Part shown: piece after piece, positions 26,401 to 39,082 of the stretch
How positions within the stretch are numbered: position 1 is the first letter of the stretch
How the letters are laid out: every line of letters starts with the position of its first letter
NCBI GenBank assembly: GCA_002633005.1
Contig: NMRA01000696.1
Span: 134,407 to 198,406, forward strand
Direction: 5' to 3'
Length of the DNA: 64,000 bases
Origin: Phoronis australis
Taxonomy: Eukaryota; Animalia; Phoronida
Notes under the pieces: model-generated
The model's database searches: none
What the model was told of the DNA's origin: nothing
The model's input: only the letters and a program-made list of their open reading frames with translations
Program-made: the position numbers and the translations under genes

Positions 26401-29400
26401 CTTACACTCAGTCAGACTGACAGCCATATTACACGCCTCCACAACGCGGTCCAATTCTTCCGAGGCGAGTTCATCACTGAATGACAAAGTTGCAATGGGT
26501 AAATCACACTCAACACTAGTTTTACATATGTGGCAAAATACTGCCTCACTACTAGAAATTTCTAGAATTCCAATTTTTTAACTATGGTGTAAACAAGTAA
26601 CACTCGTGTCTTTGGTCAATTAAGCAATAAAATGATAATTAATATTTCGTCAATCTCCAGACAAGTGATACTAGTGTCAACAGCAAGTGCTTTAAACAGA
26701 GCGTTCGTTTGACACAATCTCACCTGTCCACTAAAACAAACCATGAATCAAGAGTCTAGTTCATTAACAACATTTTAATTTGTATTGTCGAGAATGCAAG
26801 TTAACAAATTTTGTTTTAATTCCTACACAAGTTCACTGACTACAACTTAAATTAACACTGAGTTTGCATATAAATCTAGTTTATCCCTATAAACCTACCC
26901 TTGTGTAGTGGAGGCAGTAACACTAACCACCATAATGGTGGCCGGGGTGAGGATTTCCTGAAGAACTTCATTGTTCTTGGAATTTTCCATAATATTGTTG
27001 CCCAGTTCCTGTTACAGAGAGATTCACGAGTCAAAGAAATAAATTGTAAAAATTGTTGCAACAATGGTAAGTATTAATGAGAAAAGAGAAAATCAATCTA
27101 AGCAAATCTGCATCTTTTAGCAAAATAAAACTGCACAACTTGTGAAATCATTTCCATTAATAAAATCAAAATTTACTTCACAGTGCTGAAGAGAAAACAC
27201 TGGTCAATATAATGTTTATTAAATAAAATGCAATGGAAAAAAACAGTCAATTTCCCAGCAAAAAATGCGCCACAAATACAAAGCAGGCCTTCATGCAGCG
27301 CACGTCCTAGCACTAATCTGGATGCCCTGGCAAGGATGCCCAATGTATCATTTGGACGCCCAATGTCAATAAGAACCTTTCAAGTTTGAACTCACACATT
27401 GTACTGAATACTAGGAAGCCCCTGAAGGCTCACAGTGGGGGCTGTTTTTCAAAGCAGAAAGAAATATACAATGTATATACTTTGTTGCTATGCTTACATT
27501 TGGTTGATAGCATTGTAAAGTCTTGGTTTACAGTTTTTTTTTAGTAAAAATGCTCACTACAGAAGGCTGTTTTTTAAACTTAAATGTAAAAACCTTGGTC
27601 TATGCATTTTTTGTAAAAAAATGTGTGTGTCTGGGAGGATTGCTGGTGGTGGGGGCGTTACGCGTCAGAATCATGGACGCCCTAGAATATTGGGAACCCC
27701 ATTTTGGACACCTTATTTTCGAAATCCTCGATAAAGGCTTGATACAATGTGGGAATTTTTTCATCAATTCACTAATGGATTGGCTCACTACAATACAATA
27801 ACAGATTACCTTTAATATATACGTAAATAATTACTGATAATGCTTCATGAATGGCATCAAAAAATTATTAAACAGATGGTTTAACAAGAGCAACTTTTAT
27901 ACTCATATTGATAATGTAAACAGACCAACTAGGTAGTAATGTTGATTCAAATATTAACGATCTAGATACTGTAGAAATGAGCACAGTCTTGTACACTGAC
28001 GATCTAGATATTGTAGGAGTGAGCAGTTGTACACTGACAATCAAGATATTTTAGAAGTGAGCACTTGTACACTGATGGTGTAGATATTGTAGGAGTGAGC
28101 ACTTGTACACTGATGATTTAGATATTGTAGGAGTGTGCACTTGTACACTGATGATTTAGATATTGTAGGTTGCACTTGTACACTGACACTCTACCTTAAC
28201 TGTCCTCATATATTCCAGAGGTGTTGAAACCAAGGACTCCAACTCTGGGAACCTGGGAGAGTAGTGGTCTCGAGTGTATTTATGGATTACGTCTGTAACA
28301 ATTATGACTGTTTACACAAGAGCAACAACAAGGAAATGTGTGACGTGCAAATGGGGAACATTGATGGGCAAGACATACTAAACATACATAAACTTGGCAA
28401 CAGTGATCAAAAAGCTTCAGGAAATACATCAAAACATGGTGCTTAAAGAGAACAAGTCTAGCAATCTTAAATTCTTCAGACTTTCTGCTTTCAGAGAATG
28501 CATACTTTTACTGACTTAAAGTCTATACTTTGGTAGATATTTGGCTGAATGTTCAGGCTAGTCAATAAGGTCCTACATAACCTTAAATGTTTGTTGTTGT
28601 TAATAAGTAACAATAACATGAAACAAACAAGGGGAATCACTTGTATTGACCAGAGGGTATTGAACTCCTTCATTACAAAACAGCCCCAGACAGATGATAT
28701 GCTTCTTCACATACTCCATTTTACTGGTGTAAGTCAAGCACAACTCAAGGGCAATCAAATTAATAACTCAGTTAAGCTCACGGGCCACTGAGATTATAAA
28801 CTGGTGAAGTTTAATTTTATTACAATTTGTACACATACTTATTTCATTGTCGATTTCCACAGTGATGTTGTTGGCACTAACAATCAGTTGATACTCTGGG
28901 TCGGCCTCAACAGGTCCGCTTACAGTGTCACGCCTCTCCTTGGCCGAGTATTGCTCTATCTTGGCCATTATCTCTGACAACTGACCACTGTCCTGTAAGT
29001 GAAATAAAAATGGATTGCATAAGATCCCAATTTTCTATTGACCAGCAAACAAGACTAGTCTGAACATGACAACAATACATTTCACTTCAGTCTAAGTACA
29101 AATATAGAAGACTAAATACAAACATTCAAGATAGCCCTAAAAAACAGTAATTTCACCATCACATATGCACATATGCACACATTTAGGCCTATACCACACA
29201 ATGTGAAACAATAAGGCTTTTTCAAGAATTTTTTTTCTCAAGTATTTCATTCATAGACATATGCACCTGTGGTTCGAGTAAGGGCTCCATGTCTTAAAGT
29301 AGCTTTTTGTGGGTCTTTCGTCCCACTGCACTTTTCGTATTAACAATTAATGGACACGTTAACCTCAACCATTTTGTAATGAATACATAATGTTGCACTC

Positions 29401-29752
29401 ACACGCTATTTAAAATATTTCTCCTTGGTTTTTGTTAATTTTTTGCATACTAGTACTAGCATGAATCCCAATTCTGAATATAGGCATAGGTTAATGGGCT
29501 TATGCAAGAGTGTACTGTTATGCTGGCTTATTACTCACCAAACAGAGGTGAGCAAAATAAAAAACAATGTGGGGACTAGGACAGTACCTTTAACTTTGCT
29601 ATATGTCTAACAGACTCTTTGCTGGTGTCTACTTCCATCTGGACATCATCAATATCTTCGATGTCACCAACATTCCCAAGGTCATCTTGATCATCAAGGT
29701 CACCATCACCAGCATCTTCAAGGTCAGCAAGAAGTTCGTCAGCCAAAGACAT
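20441..29752 (-). CDS. PRPF31: U4/U6 snRNP protein Prp31 (pre-mRNA processing factor 31), 11 coding exons, 489 aa
   Basis: Exons (minus): 29588-29752, 28839-28992, 28195-28292, 26899-27008, 26307-26476, 25524-25681, 24277-24494, 22866-22938, 22235-22360, 21449-21544, 20441-20542. All introns are GT-AG, phases are consistent, total 1470 nt. Peptides MSLADELLADLE, RFPELESLV, YVESRMSFIAPNLS, GGLTNLSKMPACN, DLRRKAARLVAAK, RKKRGGRR, GTASSVAFTPLQGLEIVNP. AATAAA (minus) at 20368-20373; acceptor for the ATG exon at 29773/29774. Confidence 0.97.
22941..23111. repeat. Tandem repeat, ~60-bp unit x3, abutting a PRPF31 acceptor
   Basis: Recurrent AATGACTGACAATGGT...ATAACAACCCACAATATAC. Confidence 0.9.
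23669..23818. mobile_element. Short hAT-like MITE (related copy 63009-63276)
   Basis: Ends CAGTGGCAGATTTAG / CTGGATCCGCCCATG; the same end type occurs at 63009-63276. Confidence 0.55.
24718..24892. repeat. Minisatellite, ~34-bp unit x5
   Basis: ACTGAATATCAGGGCAGCAGCACCAACACAATAC repeated. Confidence 0.95.
25197..25522. repeat. Minisatellite, 27-bp unit x~11, directly downstream of a PRPF31 donor
   Basis: GGCTATTAGCCCGCTCCAGCCACACAC repeated; source of the spurious repetitive ORFs at 25093-25552. Confidence 0.95.
27284..27741. mobile_element. hAT-type MITE, copy B, in a PRPF31 intron
   Basis: CAGGCCTTCAT...ATAAAGGCTTG; TSD ATACAAAG/ATACAATG (7/8 match); homologous to 12081-12566. Confidence 0.85.
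27955..28190. repeat. Minisatellite, ~39-40-bp unit x6, next to a PRPF31 donor
   Basis: TAGATATTGTAGGAGTGAGCACTTGTACACTGATGAT variants. Confidence 0.9.
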
Positions 29753-30269
29753 GGTAGCAAGTGTCTGTTATATCTGCAGACGAGAGAATGTTGACAAGGT
29801 CTGTTTTTTTTAAGACAGTAACGCGTTATCTGCTTAAGTGTTGGAAACCAAAGTGTCAGATGACCGACAGGCACACATCAACTGGTTGACACCAAACAAA
29901 TTGTACGAAATGGTCAATTTGAACAGCAAACGTGATAGAGATTTCATGAAACTCTGAGTTAACTTGAAGGAGTTAGGCAATGTACTCATGATATCTTGTG
30001 GAGATTAACATGGTTAGGAAGCTCAAGTGAACTAAACATAACTTTTGTGGCACAGAGAATCTGAAAGAATAAAAATGTGGTTTGTAAGGAGCAACCTGGT
30101 TGATGGTTATTGGTATAAATGTAGATTTGTCGTTACTGAGAAGATTCGCATGCGAATTGGGAAAATCTTGAGGAACTGATGTTTATTAGTGCCATTTTCA
30201 ACAAACGTAATTAGTAAACGTGTCAAAAGAGCTTGATTTTCAGCTGTGATTTTTGTTGTTTTAGATGTG

Positions 30270-30413
30270 TCTGCTGTGTGGTTGTATGTGCCTACTGTGG
30301 GGTTGTATGTGCCTACTGTGTGGTTGTATGTGCCTACTGTGGGGTTGTATGTGCCTACTGTGTGGTTGTATGTGCCTACTGTGTGGTTGTATGTGCCTAC
30401 TGTGTGGTTGTAT
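30270..30413. repeat. Minisatellite, 21-bp unit x~7, upstream of the PRPF31 ATG exon
   Basis: CTGTGTGGTTGTATGTGCCTA repeated. Confidence 0.95.
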
Positions 30414-31986
30414 AGAATCATTGGTGTATATCTTCCACTATATCATAGTATCACGTCAAGCAGCTATTAAGATAGTCAGTAACCAACCAAGACAATATTA
30501 CTGTCTCTGAAGTGGGCCCGGAGATGGTGGACATGCCATAGGCCTTAAATATGCCAGAATGCCCTTTGTACGCCTCACACTGGCTATACCTACATATAGA
30601 GCATACCAAGGTACAGGCTGTCTATGTCCATAAACCCTACTAACTTAAACAAATACTCCAGTAATTAAGATTTTTCTAATAAATCTGTTCATTCGTCAAT
30701 GAAATTTTTGACATTGCCATTTTGCTGTACTCAGATGCACTGGGTGCGAGAGTAGCGATGCTGGCAACCATGTTTTGAGCATTATCTATCCTTGTGGATG
30801 GTAACACCAATGTAGAGCGTTACGGATTATCACAACTGCGGCACGGAGGTCAACCTTGATTTAATTAAAATTTGCATGCGATACTAGTAGTCGGTAGCAG
30901 AACTGCGTAGTGATCCAATCACAACTAAAATGGTTTGTTCACGAATTTTGAGACAAATGGGTGACGTGATATAAAGAAGCATTGATTCCTGAAATACAGA
31001 ACTTGTTTCAGCTAGAAGGACCAACATGATTAAAGACATTGACGGCCGTCGTACATGGCATGTTTGAATGTGCCATGACTTAAAACCAACCCTGAATCAT
31101 AACCAGAGTGCCTGGCTGTGCTTCGTCTTGGCACAAAGCTGTATATATATACTAAACATACAGCTTTGTGCCGATGTGGGTAAAAAAATGACCAGATAAA
31201 ATTTGACAAAAAATAAGTGTCACTAAAAACTACAGTCTTCCTTGAGTAAACTAAATTATTTACCAGTGTTGGAAAAATTGGCTTTCTTTCGTTATTCTGC
31301 TGCTAAAATTGTGGTGTGATCTTTTGCGTCAGCTTTCGGCGCCACGAAATATTGCGTCACCTATTGGCCAGTTTCTTTTTTCACCAATTCTTCAATCAAC
31401 TGTTCTTTCATAAGGTTGCGTACACGTCATAACAAATTATTGGAACTAGTTTCGCTTCGTTATAAGTTTTCAGAATTTTGATACCACCAATTTCAGAACA
31501 AGTTTTGCTGCTGCGGAGCTGCCATCATCTCCAGAGAGATGTTACAAAAATTTAAGAATGGCGCATGCGCGTGTCACGAGCGTACAGTTATCAAAAGGAT
31601 GACATATTTGTACAAGAAAATGATGTTTATTAGATTGTTTTTCACTTTAAACGGCTGTAACAGGCAAGGTGTACTCCCAGATTTTGCATGCACCCCCGCC
31701 ATTTTTAACACTGCACCCAGCAGGTGGCATGACATATGTATCCCCCAGCATGCGCAGTGTGAAAATGGCCAGCCACAGAGATGGTCATTGTCTAGCTCCA
31801 ATACTGCCATCCATACTATACTGCCATCAATAGGAGACGCTCGTCAATGTCTAACAGCTAGCTGGCTGGCTGGCTGGCTAGACTGGGCTCAGAAGTCGGA
31901 CATAATGCATTTAATGGACCCTGCTTTAGAGATCCAGTCCACTAAATAACAGGGTCATTATTCAGTGATCGCCTGGTTCTCTAAAT

Positions 31987-32639
31987 CACAGGCGTCCTCA
32001 GCTTCTGATCGTCCCCAATACACTACATATAATACTACAAGGTATGACACTCCCGACTAGAAATTCCACGGGTGCTTCACTTCAGCCGTCCATAGCAAAC
32101 ATAAAACTCAATAAATTTACACAAAACAGGGGTTCAACAAACCATGAAGAATTGTTCTTTCTCCTAATACCATTCACGGTGTCCTGTTACAGCGACTTCG
32201 TAAGAAATTCGCAGTCAAAGAACAAAAATCTTCACAAAAAGCCCCCAGACACGTTCTCCCTGGGCCCGTCGAGGTCAAGGACGGTACGGAAATTGCCGGT
32301 GAGTTACGGAAGTAGCGACATCATGACTTTACGCGACAATTTCCGTACCGTCCTTGACCTCGACGGGCCCAGGAGGACGTGTGTGGGGGCTTTTTGTGAA
32401 CATTTTTGTTCTTTGACTGCGAATTTCTTACGAAGTCGCCGTAACAGGACACCGTGAATGGTATTGAGAGAAAGAACAATTCTTCATGGTTTGTTGAACC
32501 CGTTTTGTGTAAATTTATTGAGTTTTATGTTCGCTATGGACGGTTGAAGTGAAGCACCCGTGGAATTTCTAGTCGGGAGTGTCATACCTTGTAGTATTAT
32601 ATGTAGTGTATTGGGGACGATCAGAAGCTGAGGACGCCT
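31987..32639. mobile_element. Foldback/palindromic MITE with ~305-bp near-perfect inverted arms and ~41-bp spacer
   Basis: Left arm (CAC)AGGCGTCCTCAGCTTCTGATCGTCCCC...GGAAATTG (to ~32295) is the reverse complement of 32337-32639. The same terminus recurs at 16150-16205 (...GAGGACGCCTGTG). Confidence 0.9.
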
Positions 32640-32756
32640 TAGGCAATGACCATCGCCTCTGTTGGCCCGAAGCAGAGGCGATGTAGAGGCTATAGGCGCT
32701 CTGTACGCCGGAAGCTTTTCGGCGAATTATGCCTCGCACCGACTAAACCATCAAAG
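32640..32756. mobile_element. Fragment of the Mutator-like MITE family seen at 44821-45397, truncated by the N at 32757
   Basis: TAGGCAATGACCATCGCCTCT...GCGAATTATGCCTCGCACCGACTAAA aligns with 44821-44925. Confidence 0.7.
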
Positions 32757-32757
32757 N

Positions 32758-32943
32758 CGAAGGCAGTGCACATTTGAAATAACTCGGCACAAATTAAAGA
32801 AAACTTCCGAATCGATGAATGCGGTATATCTGTGAGAGTTAAATCGAATCCTATTCAGATCATAACTTTGAAGTGGAATAATTCGGTGAGTACAACAGCA
32901 AGTCGGTTTTATGCTTAGGCGGACGACCATTGGGTTCCCGAGT
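32758..32943. repeat. Young interspersed repeat end, near-identical to 46042-46228
   Basis: About 170 bp identical by eye (CGAAGGCAGTGCAC...TTAGGCGGACGA); both copies end ...CCC(C/G)AG|TATA. Confidence 0.85.
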
Positions 32944-34659
32944 ATACTGCCATCCATACTATACTGCCATCCATAGGAGACGCTCGTCAATGTCAAACAG
33001 CTAGCTGGCTGGGTAGACTGGGCTCAGAAGTCGGACATAATGCATTTAATGGACCCTGCTTTAGAGAACCAGTCCACTAAATAACAGGGTCATTATCCAG
33101 TGATTGCCTGGTTCTCTAAATCAGGTTCCATTTGATATCCGACTAGTCACTAATGCCGTAGTGTAAGTGCCTCTTCTCGAAGTTCATTAACCGGGTTTTT
33201 ACATTATTTAACAAACAAACAAAATTCCAGTCTTTACCTGAATAGTTTAAGAACAATAGAAAATCTTTACAATGAAACGCGACACTAAATTGACACCGCC
33301 ACCAGACCCCTTGACAAGAAATTTAAAAAACTAAACCAACATTGACGAACTTCACGAGTTTCCAAACGTTGACACTGCGCTTCCGGTGAAAACCATGAAG
33401 ACGCTACCTACTGTGAAAAGAGCAAACTACAGTATCAATTCAGGAACTCGGCATTTACCGTATTACCCGAAATCTAATACATAAGGTCATGTCCTATTTA
33501 TATGTCAAATAACGCGTTATCTGGAAAATGTATAAAGCTGGTTTCAGTTTTTCAGTGGAATGGGCCCACCTGAGCGGCCTGCACACCGTCTCAGGCACAA
33601 CGTACTAGACCCCCTGAACGTTCGATATTATTATAGAATTCGGATCTTCTGATTTTTTCAGTATTAAGCAAATCTGAGTTACGCTAACAGGATTTGTACG
33701 CAAGTGGACGAGATAGCGTGCACTGTTTACCCCCAGAGTATCCAGCGTATTCCTCGGCACGTCAAAGGCTAAGGGATTGAAATGTAGTACATATCGTGCC
33801 ACTGTTGTGTACTACACGCTATTCATGGGCTTGGATGAACGTGTTGGATGAGATAATTGTCGCGGTCGTAAACCCAACGCGCCTATTTAGCTGGCGTACG
33901 AACGTTCACTAGAAAACATCAAGTAAGGCAAACGACCAGTATGACTATTTTTTAAATTGAAAAATAAGAAATGATAGTAGCTGTCTGTGAGTTTTAAAAT
34001 CGATGCATTATCAGAGAAATTAGTGAATAGACTTTCTTCAGCGTCGTCGCTCAAGTTAATTTGAGTGAATTGATTAGGACTGGTTAATCACAGTCTACCT
34101 TAGGCTCGCTTAGGGTGACAAAACCGCAAATGTTAACGTAGATGTTGTCTCATGTGCCAATCAGTCGCGACAACACTGTAATGTATAAGTTTATGAACTA
34201 TTAATTGAAAAAAAAAGTTCTATAAATGCGGTATTCTCATATGAATTTGTCTGGCCAACTGAATATCGGGGATCAAAAGCAACGTCAATCCGTCATTTCT
34301 GCTTTTCATAACTGTTATAAATATGCCTTACCTATCTCAAAAAATGACCATTTACCAAACTATGTTTGAGCGAACCCACACGATGTCGTCACCTGTTTCC
34401 ACGACTATAATTGTAGGGGTGCAATGGTTTCGAATTTTTAGGTTTGCGAACCTTTGACTAAAAAAAAAAACGGTGAACGGGGTTTGTTCAGGGCCTATGC
34501 ATTATTTATTCAGCTCCCGAGCCACTCTGGTTGCGCTTGTGCTATTCAACAATTTGCACCCGAACTGCCAAATGGTATATGGGGCACAATTTTAGGGCCA
34601 ATTTTAGGCCAAGGGGGCCATGCCCCCCTCATTCCGCCACAGGAAAGAAAACATATATG

Positions 34660-35068
34660 CCAATTTTCACAATCATCCTTAGAGTGGTTTGGTTGACGCC
34701 AAAAAGCAGACTCGAAAACAGTAAAAATGGCCATTAGAAGGAGCAAAATACTGCGAATCCATCTAAAGACGGAAGGATAGTGTCATCTCGCTATAGATGC
34801 CTATCTGCCAAATTTTATGAAAATCGGATGGGCCCTCCGAAAATACTGAGGTTAACGTCAAAAACTAAAATTTCCACTAAGGGGCACTCTGGTAGTAGGA
34901 TAGGACCGAAATTCGTCGTCATCCGTCATAACCACACACACACATCTGCCAATCTCATCAAGATCCAGTGAGAGGTTTAGCTAGTATGAGATACAGGTGT
35001 GGACGCTGGACGCCCAGACAGAGATGACGGCAATATGCACCCACATATAAATATGTGAGCGCATAATA
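34660..35068 (+). mobile_element. Interspersed repeat with 3' hairpin, copy B (family of 8028-8783)
   Basis: Aligns with 8370-8780; ends TATGCACCCACATATAAATATGTGAGCGCATAATAA. Confidence 0.6.
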
Positions 35069-35845
35069 AGGGATATAAGCTACGTCTTACCGTACCGAAA
35101 AAGGAGGCTTTGAGGCTTTGAGGGAGAAAATCGACGAAGTGGAGGGAAGTTGACAACCGAGGTCGTTCTTTTTGAAATTTGAAACTAAAAAAATGCTTTG
35201 ACATTAACAGAAATTCAAAATCTTTGCGAACAAACCCTAAAAATACATGTCGAACAGGTTGAATTCTTTTTGAAGGTGGCAGAGAACCACTTTGAATGGT
35301 GCAATTTTGTCTGTTTTTTTGCGTTCCAGGTTTCTTTTACGTAAGCTAAACACGGCTAGAAATGGAAGTTTTGACGAAGTAAATGGATTTGTCTTTTAAA
35401 AGCGGTTATGACTTGAAACCCGCGTTCCGTCCATGCAAGAAGCGAACATTTCATTCTGTTCACTTGTTACCATGAAATTTGTTTAAACTTGTAGTTCCTT
35501 GCTCAAATGATAGTGAGTTCACAAAAAGATGACAGGTCGTTATTCCTTGAGACTCGGCGCTTATAATGACACGCCGTGATAAGCTAAATTGTCACAGCCT
35601 GGGGCCGGAGTCTACTCTTTGTCAGTACTCGAAATTATGTTTTACATTTTCCGTATCACGTTAACACGAACTCAACACAATTGTTTTTTATTCAGTGTTC
35701 TCAGTACACTCCTAAATACTGGTTTAAATGGATGACTGTCTTATCCCGACTCGCACTTAATCATCCCAATATTAACGCTATGAGTTTGAGTCTGAAATCG
35801 AAGTTTGGAGTTTTTCCGTAGTCGAGGTTGTAGTGCGAACCCATA

Positions 35846-36051
35846 CATGCGCGCACCCAGCCTCTGGAGGGGGCTCGAAGTCCTGTGGACCTTTTGGTAA
35901 CAAAAATGCGGGCGGACTAAGACTAAAAAAAAAAAAAAACGGGAGCACCACTGTGAATTGCACGTTTGCGCTTGTTTAGTGAACTTTTTGTCTCTCAGAG
36001 GCGAACCTTTTTGCCCACTTCGCCAAATGAGCACCCCTGGGTGCGTGCATG
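35846..36051. mobile_element. Short MITE family with CATGCGCGCACCCAG ends (other copies 51009-51245, 52075-52294)
   Basis: Ends CATGCGCGCACCCAG / CTGGGTGCGTGCATG; the internal sequence matches the reverse complement of 52075-52294. Confidence 0.75.
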
Positions 36052-36741
36052 CTATATAGGGGTCATCAAGTGCAAACGTCAACTAGACAGTCGTCAGCAC
36101 AAACCATAACGTATAACTCGAACAACGAAAAACAGACACTTGTCTTGAGTGCGCATTAAAGTAAAATGGAAAATGTCACACATATTTCTGAGTTCCATTT
36201 CGAGTATAAAGATGAAACCCCGGGCCCAGGTGTCAATCACACAACGATCAGTTCTTTCCAAGCCTAGAAATCACCTCAGGAACAAACTGTGAGCCAGTCA
36301 TAACGGCGAATAGTCTAAATGGATTTTTTTGCTGTGGAAAGCGGGTACGACAAGGTATAGTAGCCGCTTAGTGCAAGCCTAAAGGACCATAGAAAAATGG
36401 ACAGATAAATCAGAATTTTTAGTATTCAAAAGCTATCGCCATCTCGATCCCTACAATATCTCATCAGTTGGCATGTTATCCGGAATCAGTTATAACCACC
36501 AACCTTGATACATATAGCTCTAATCATGCTTTTTTTCAGCTAATTACTATAACGAGTCATGAGCTACGCAGCACTAAAGGAGAATGTCACCCGATTTAAT
36601 TAGTCTTTTTCACCGTCTTGATCCGTCTGTATCCACATCGCCTCTTATACGGTCGACCTTACCTTGCCGAGACGTGTCGCGTTAACCTGTGACGAAAATG
36701 AGAAGCGACGCAGCGACGTCAGTGGTTCGTCTGCAGAGTGA

Positions 36742-36985
36742 ATGTCGCTATATTGCAGTGCATCGGTTCCCGCTTGTCCAAACTATGAAGCTGCGAAGAA
36801 AGCGGGTATATCGTTTTTTCGACTTCCTCGAAAGCCCGAAACGGTTAGGAAGTGGCTCGCAATAGTGAAGAATGAAAGGTACGCTGTTAATAGCAAGTAT
36901 GAGGCCGTGAAACATCTCGATCCGTGTCTGTGGATGGCATTTCGTCGACAATGATTTCCCTGACGAATTACGGTTTACCAAAGAA
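36742..36985 (+). pseudogene. THAP-domain N-terminus of the Kolobok transposase (frameshifted, truncated)
   Basis: MSLYCSASVPACPNYEAAKKAGISFFRLPRKPETVRKWLAIVKNE...; after a frameshift, RVCGWHFVDNDF completes the C2CH THAP signature. Confidence 0.8.
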
Positions 36986-37711
36986 CTATCCATACGTTCC
37001 GTTGCCTGTGCATGTTCACGGCGCCTCTCTGGTATTTCTTGATTAGTGTATTCCGGTTCGAACCGGTAGCCTGTGAAACCTATAGTAACGATCCGTCCAG
37101 TGTAGTCTTCGTCGGATGAGCTCTTGACTAAGTCGGGATTGGCGCCGGGCGAGTTGCCGCGTAGACGTTTATTATTCTGCGTTCTGTTTGAAAATGAATT
37201 ATTCTCATAACCAATGCTTATATGAAACCGAATCAAAGTTTGTCTCGTTAGATACAATTTGTATTGCCTTGGAGTGTGAGTGCAAATGTTTTAAGAAGCC
37301 AGCAATGAATAAACCACTGCGCCTACCGGCTTTTGATGCCAACAGCAAAAGTAATTGGCCGGGCACCGAGGCCGTGTGCCGGAGCGCATGCTAATTCAGA
37401 GTTCACTGACAGAAAGCTGTTGTGAAACAATTACTCGATTTTATATGCTATGGTCACATGTTAGGGGAATTTTTATTAAGAAATACAAATACTGACCTTT
37501 GCAATGACGGTCTGTGGAAGGGGAACCCTACTTCGCCGGGCGGCCCCCGACAAGTCAGATTTTCAGTTTCGTGGCTAATTCACATAAATAATTACGTGCA
37601 CATTATTTCTTTGGCTCACTATTATAGTCTTTTCGTGACTGGAGGTTTAGTTTCCAACTCAAGCTGGTTTATGTTCGTGCCAGTTCGAACTCAAAAAATC
37701 ACAAGTATTAA

Positions 37712-39082
37712 AGGAGCTTGCCACCCAAAAAACAACCTAATTTGTATCAATTTAGATCGAGTAGTTCTACTCCATAACGACACGTACGGTTGTGTTACCT
37801 CACGGCGGACGGAGGTGTTGAAATTATCCAATGACGTCATCGGTTTCACACGCAGTCTGTTCAGCAGTTCACAACACGTGTTACTGGTGTCAGCTTATCG
37901 CTTGAAGTCATCGTTTAACACCAATAAATCATCAAACTTCGATGTAAAACCCTTAAAAGTACACCGAGTTCTAATAAAAACGTGTTGTTTTATTTCGCTC
38001 TTACGGATTTATTGGTATTTGGACACACCGTAGCCTACAAAGTTCGGCAAGCCAGTAAGGTCCGTAGCAGGAGTTTGGGGTCTGTTCGAAGATAATTTCG
38101 AAGTATTTTCCGTGAGATACAGACAGGAGAACCTAGATATGTGTTGTTTAGACTAATGATTTTTTGAGTTCTAAATACAAAACGCTTGTTATCCTGGCTA
38201 GTGGCTCGGAGCCCGATCAAGCCCGTCGCGGCCGGCCTGCCTGATTGACTTCATTGTTATCCCGGCCAGTGGCTCGGAAACTGATCAGACGTTGCAAACA
38301 TAAACCAACCAAAGTTCAGTGGAAACTAAACTTCGAGTCAAGAAATACTATACTAGTGAGCCAAACTAATGTGCACGTGATTATGTTGGTGAATTATCCA
38401 CGAAACTGCAAATCTACTTACTCGTCGGGTTCCGCTTTGGCCACAGCACCGTCTGGGCAGAAGTTGTACATTGACAATCATTATTTGAGTAATGTAAACG
38501 AAAATAAAGATTCCCCTAACACCTTGCCGTGGGATGGAAATCGAGTTGTTCCACAACAGTTTCTGCCAGCAAACACTAAATTAGCATGAGCTCACACGGC
38601 CTCGGGTGTCCCGTCACTTAGTTTTATTGCACCTAAAGCCGGTAACGCAGTGATTTATTCATTGCTGGCTTCTCAAATCATTTGCACTCACAAATACTCC
38701 AAAGGCATTACAAATTGCATCTAATGCGACAGACTTTGTTTCAGTTGATTAGGGTGAGAAGGCATTTTGAAACACAACGCTCAGTACTAAACGCCAACAT
38801 GGCAACTCGCAATCCCGACTTAGGACGAGCTAGAGTTCATCAGACCCGACTTCGCAGGTGGATCGTTAAGTTTTACAGGCTATCAATTCGAACAGGAATA
38901 CAGTGATGAAGAAATACTAGAGAGGCGCCGTGCACAAACTCACACAACGGAACATGGAGTTATTTGGTAAGCCGGCATTCGTCACTGTCAACGTCTGCAT
39001 GCCACAGACACGGTGATGTTTCACGGCCTCATACTTGCTATTTACAGCGTACATTTCATTTTTCACTACCATGAGCCACTTC
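37712..39082 (+). mobile_element. Kolobok-type element, copy 4, inserted at a TTAA inside copy 3; right end deleted
   Basis: TTAA(37708-37711)|AGGAGCTTGCCACCCAAAAAACAACC; KolX ATG at 38799; breaks off in the THAP region at ~39082. Confidence 0.85.

Noticed and set aside
30640-33400. Exact PRPF31 promoter / non-coding first exon, or a head-to-head partner gene
   Set aside because: Several candidate donors and CCAAT/ETS-like motifs exist, but none can be singled out, and no plus-strand coding exons were recognised.
37422-38033. 203-aa ORF
   Set aside because: Spans the junction of two non-coding transposon segments and is not kept open in the other copies.
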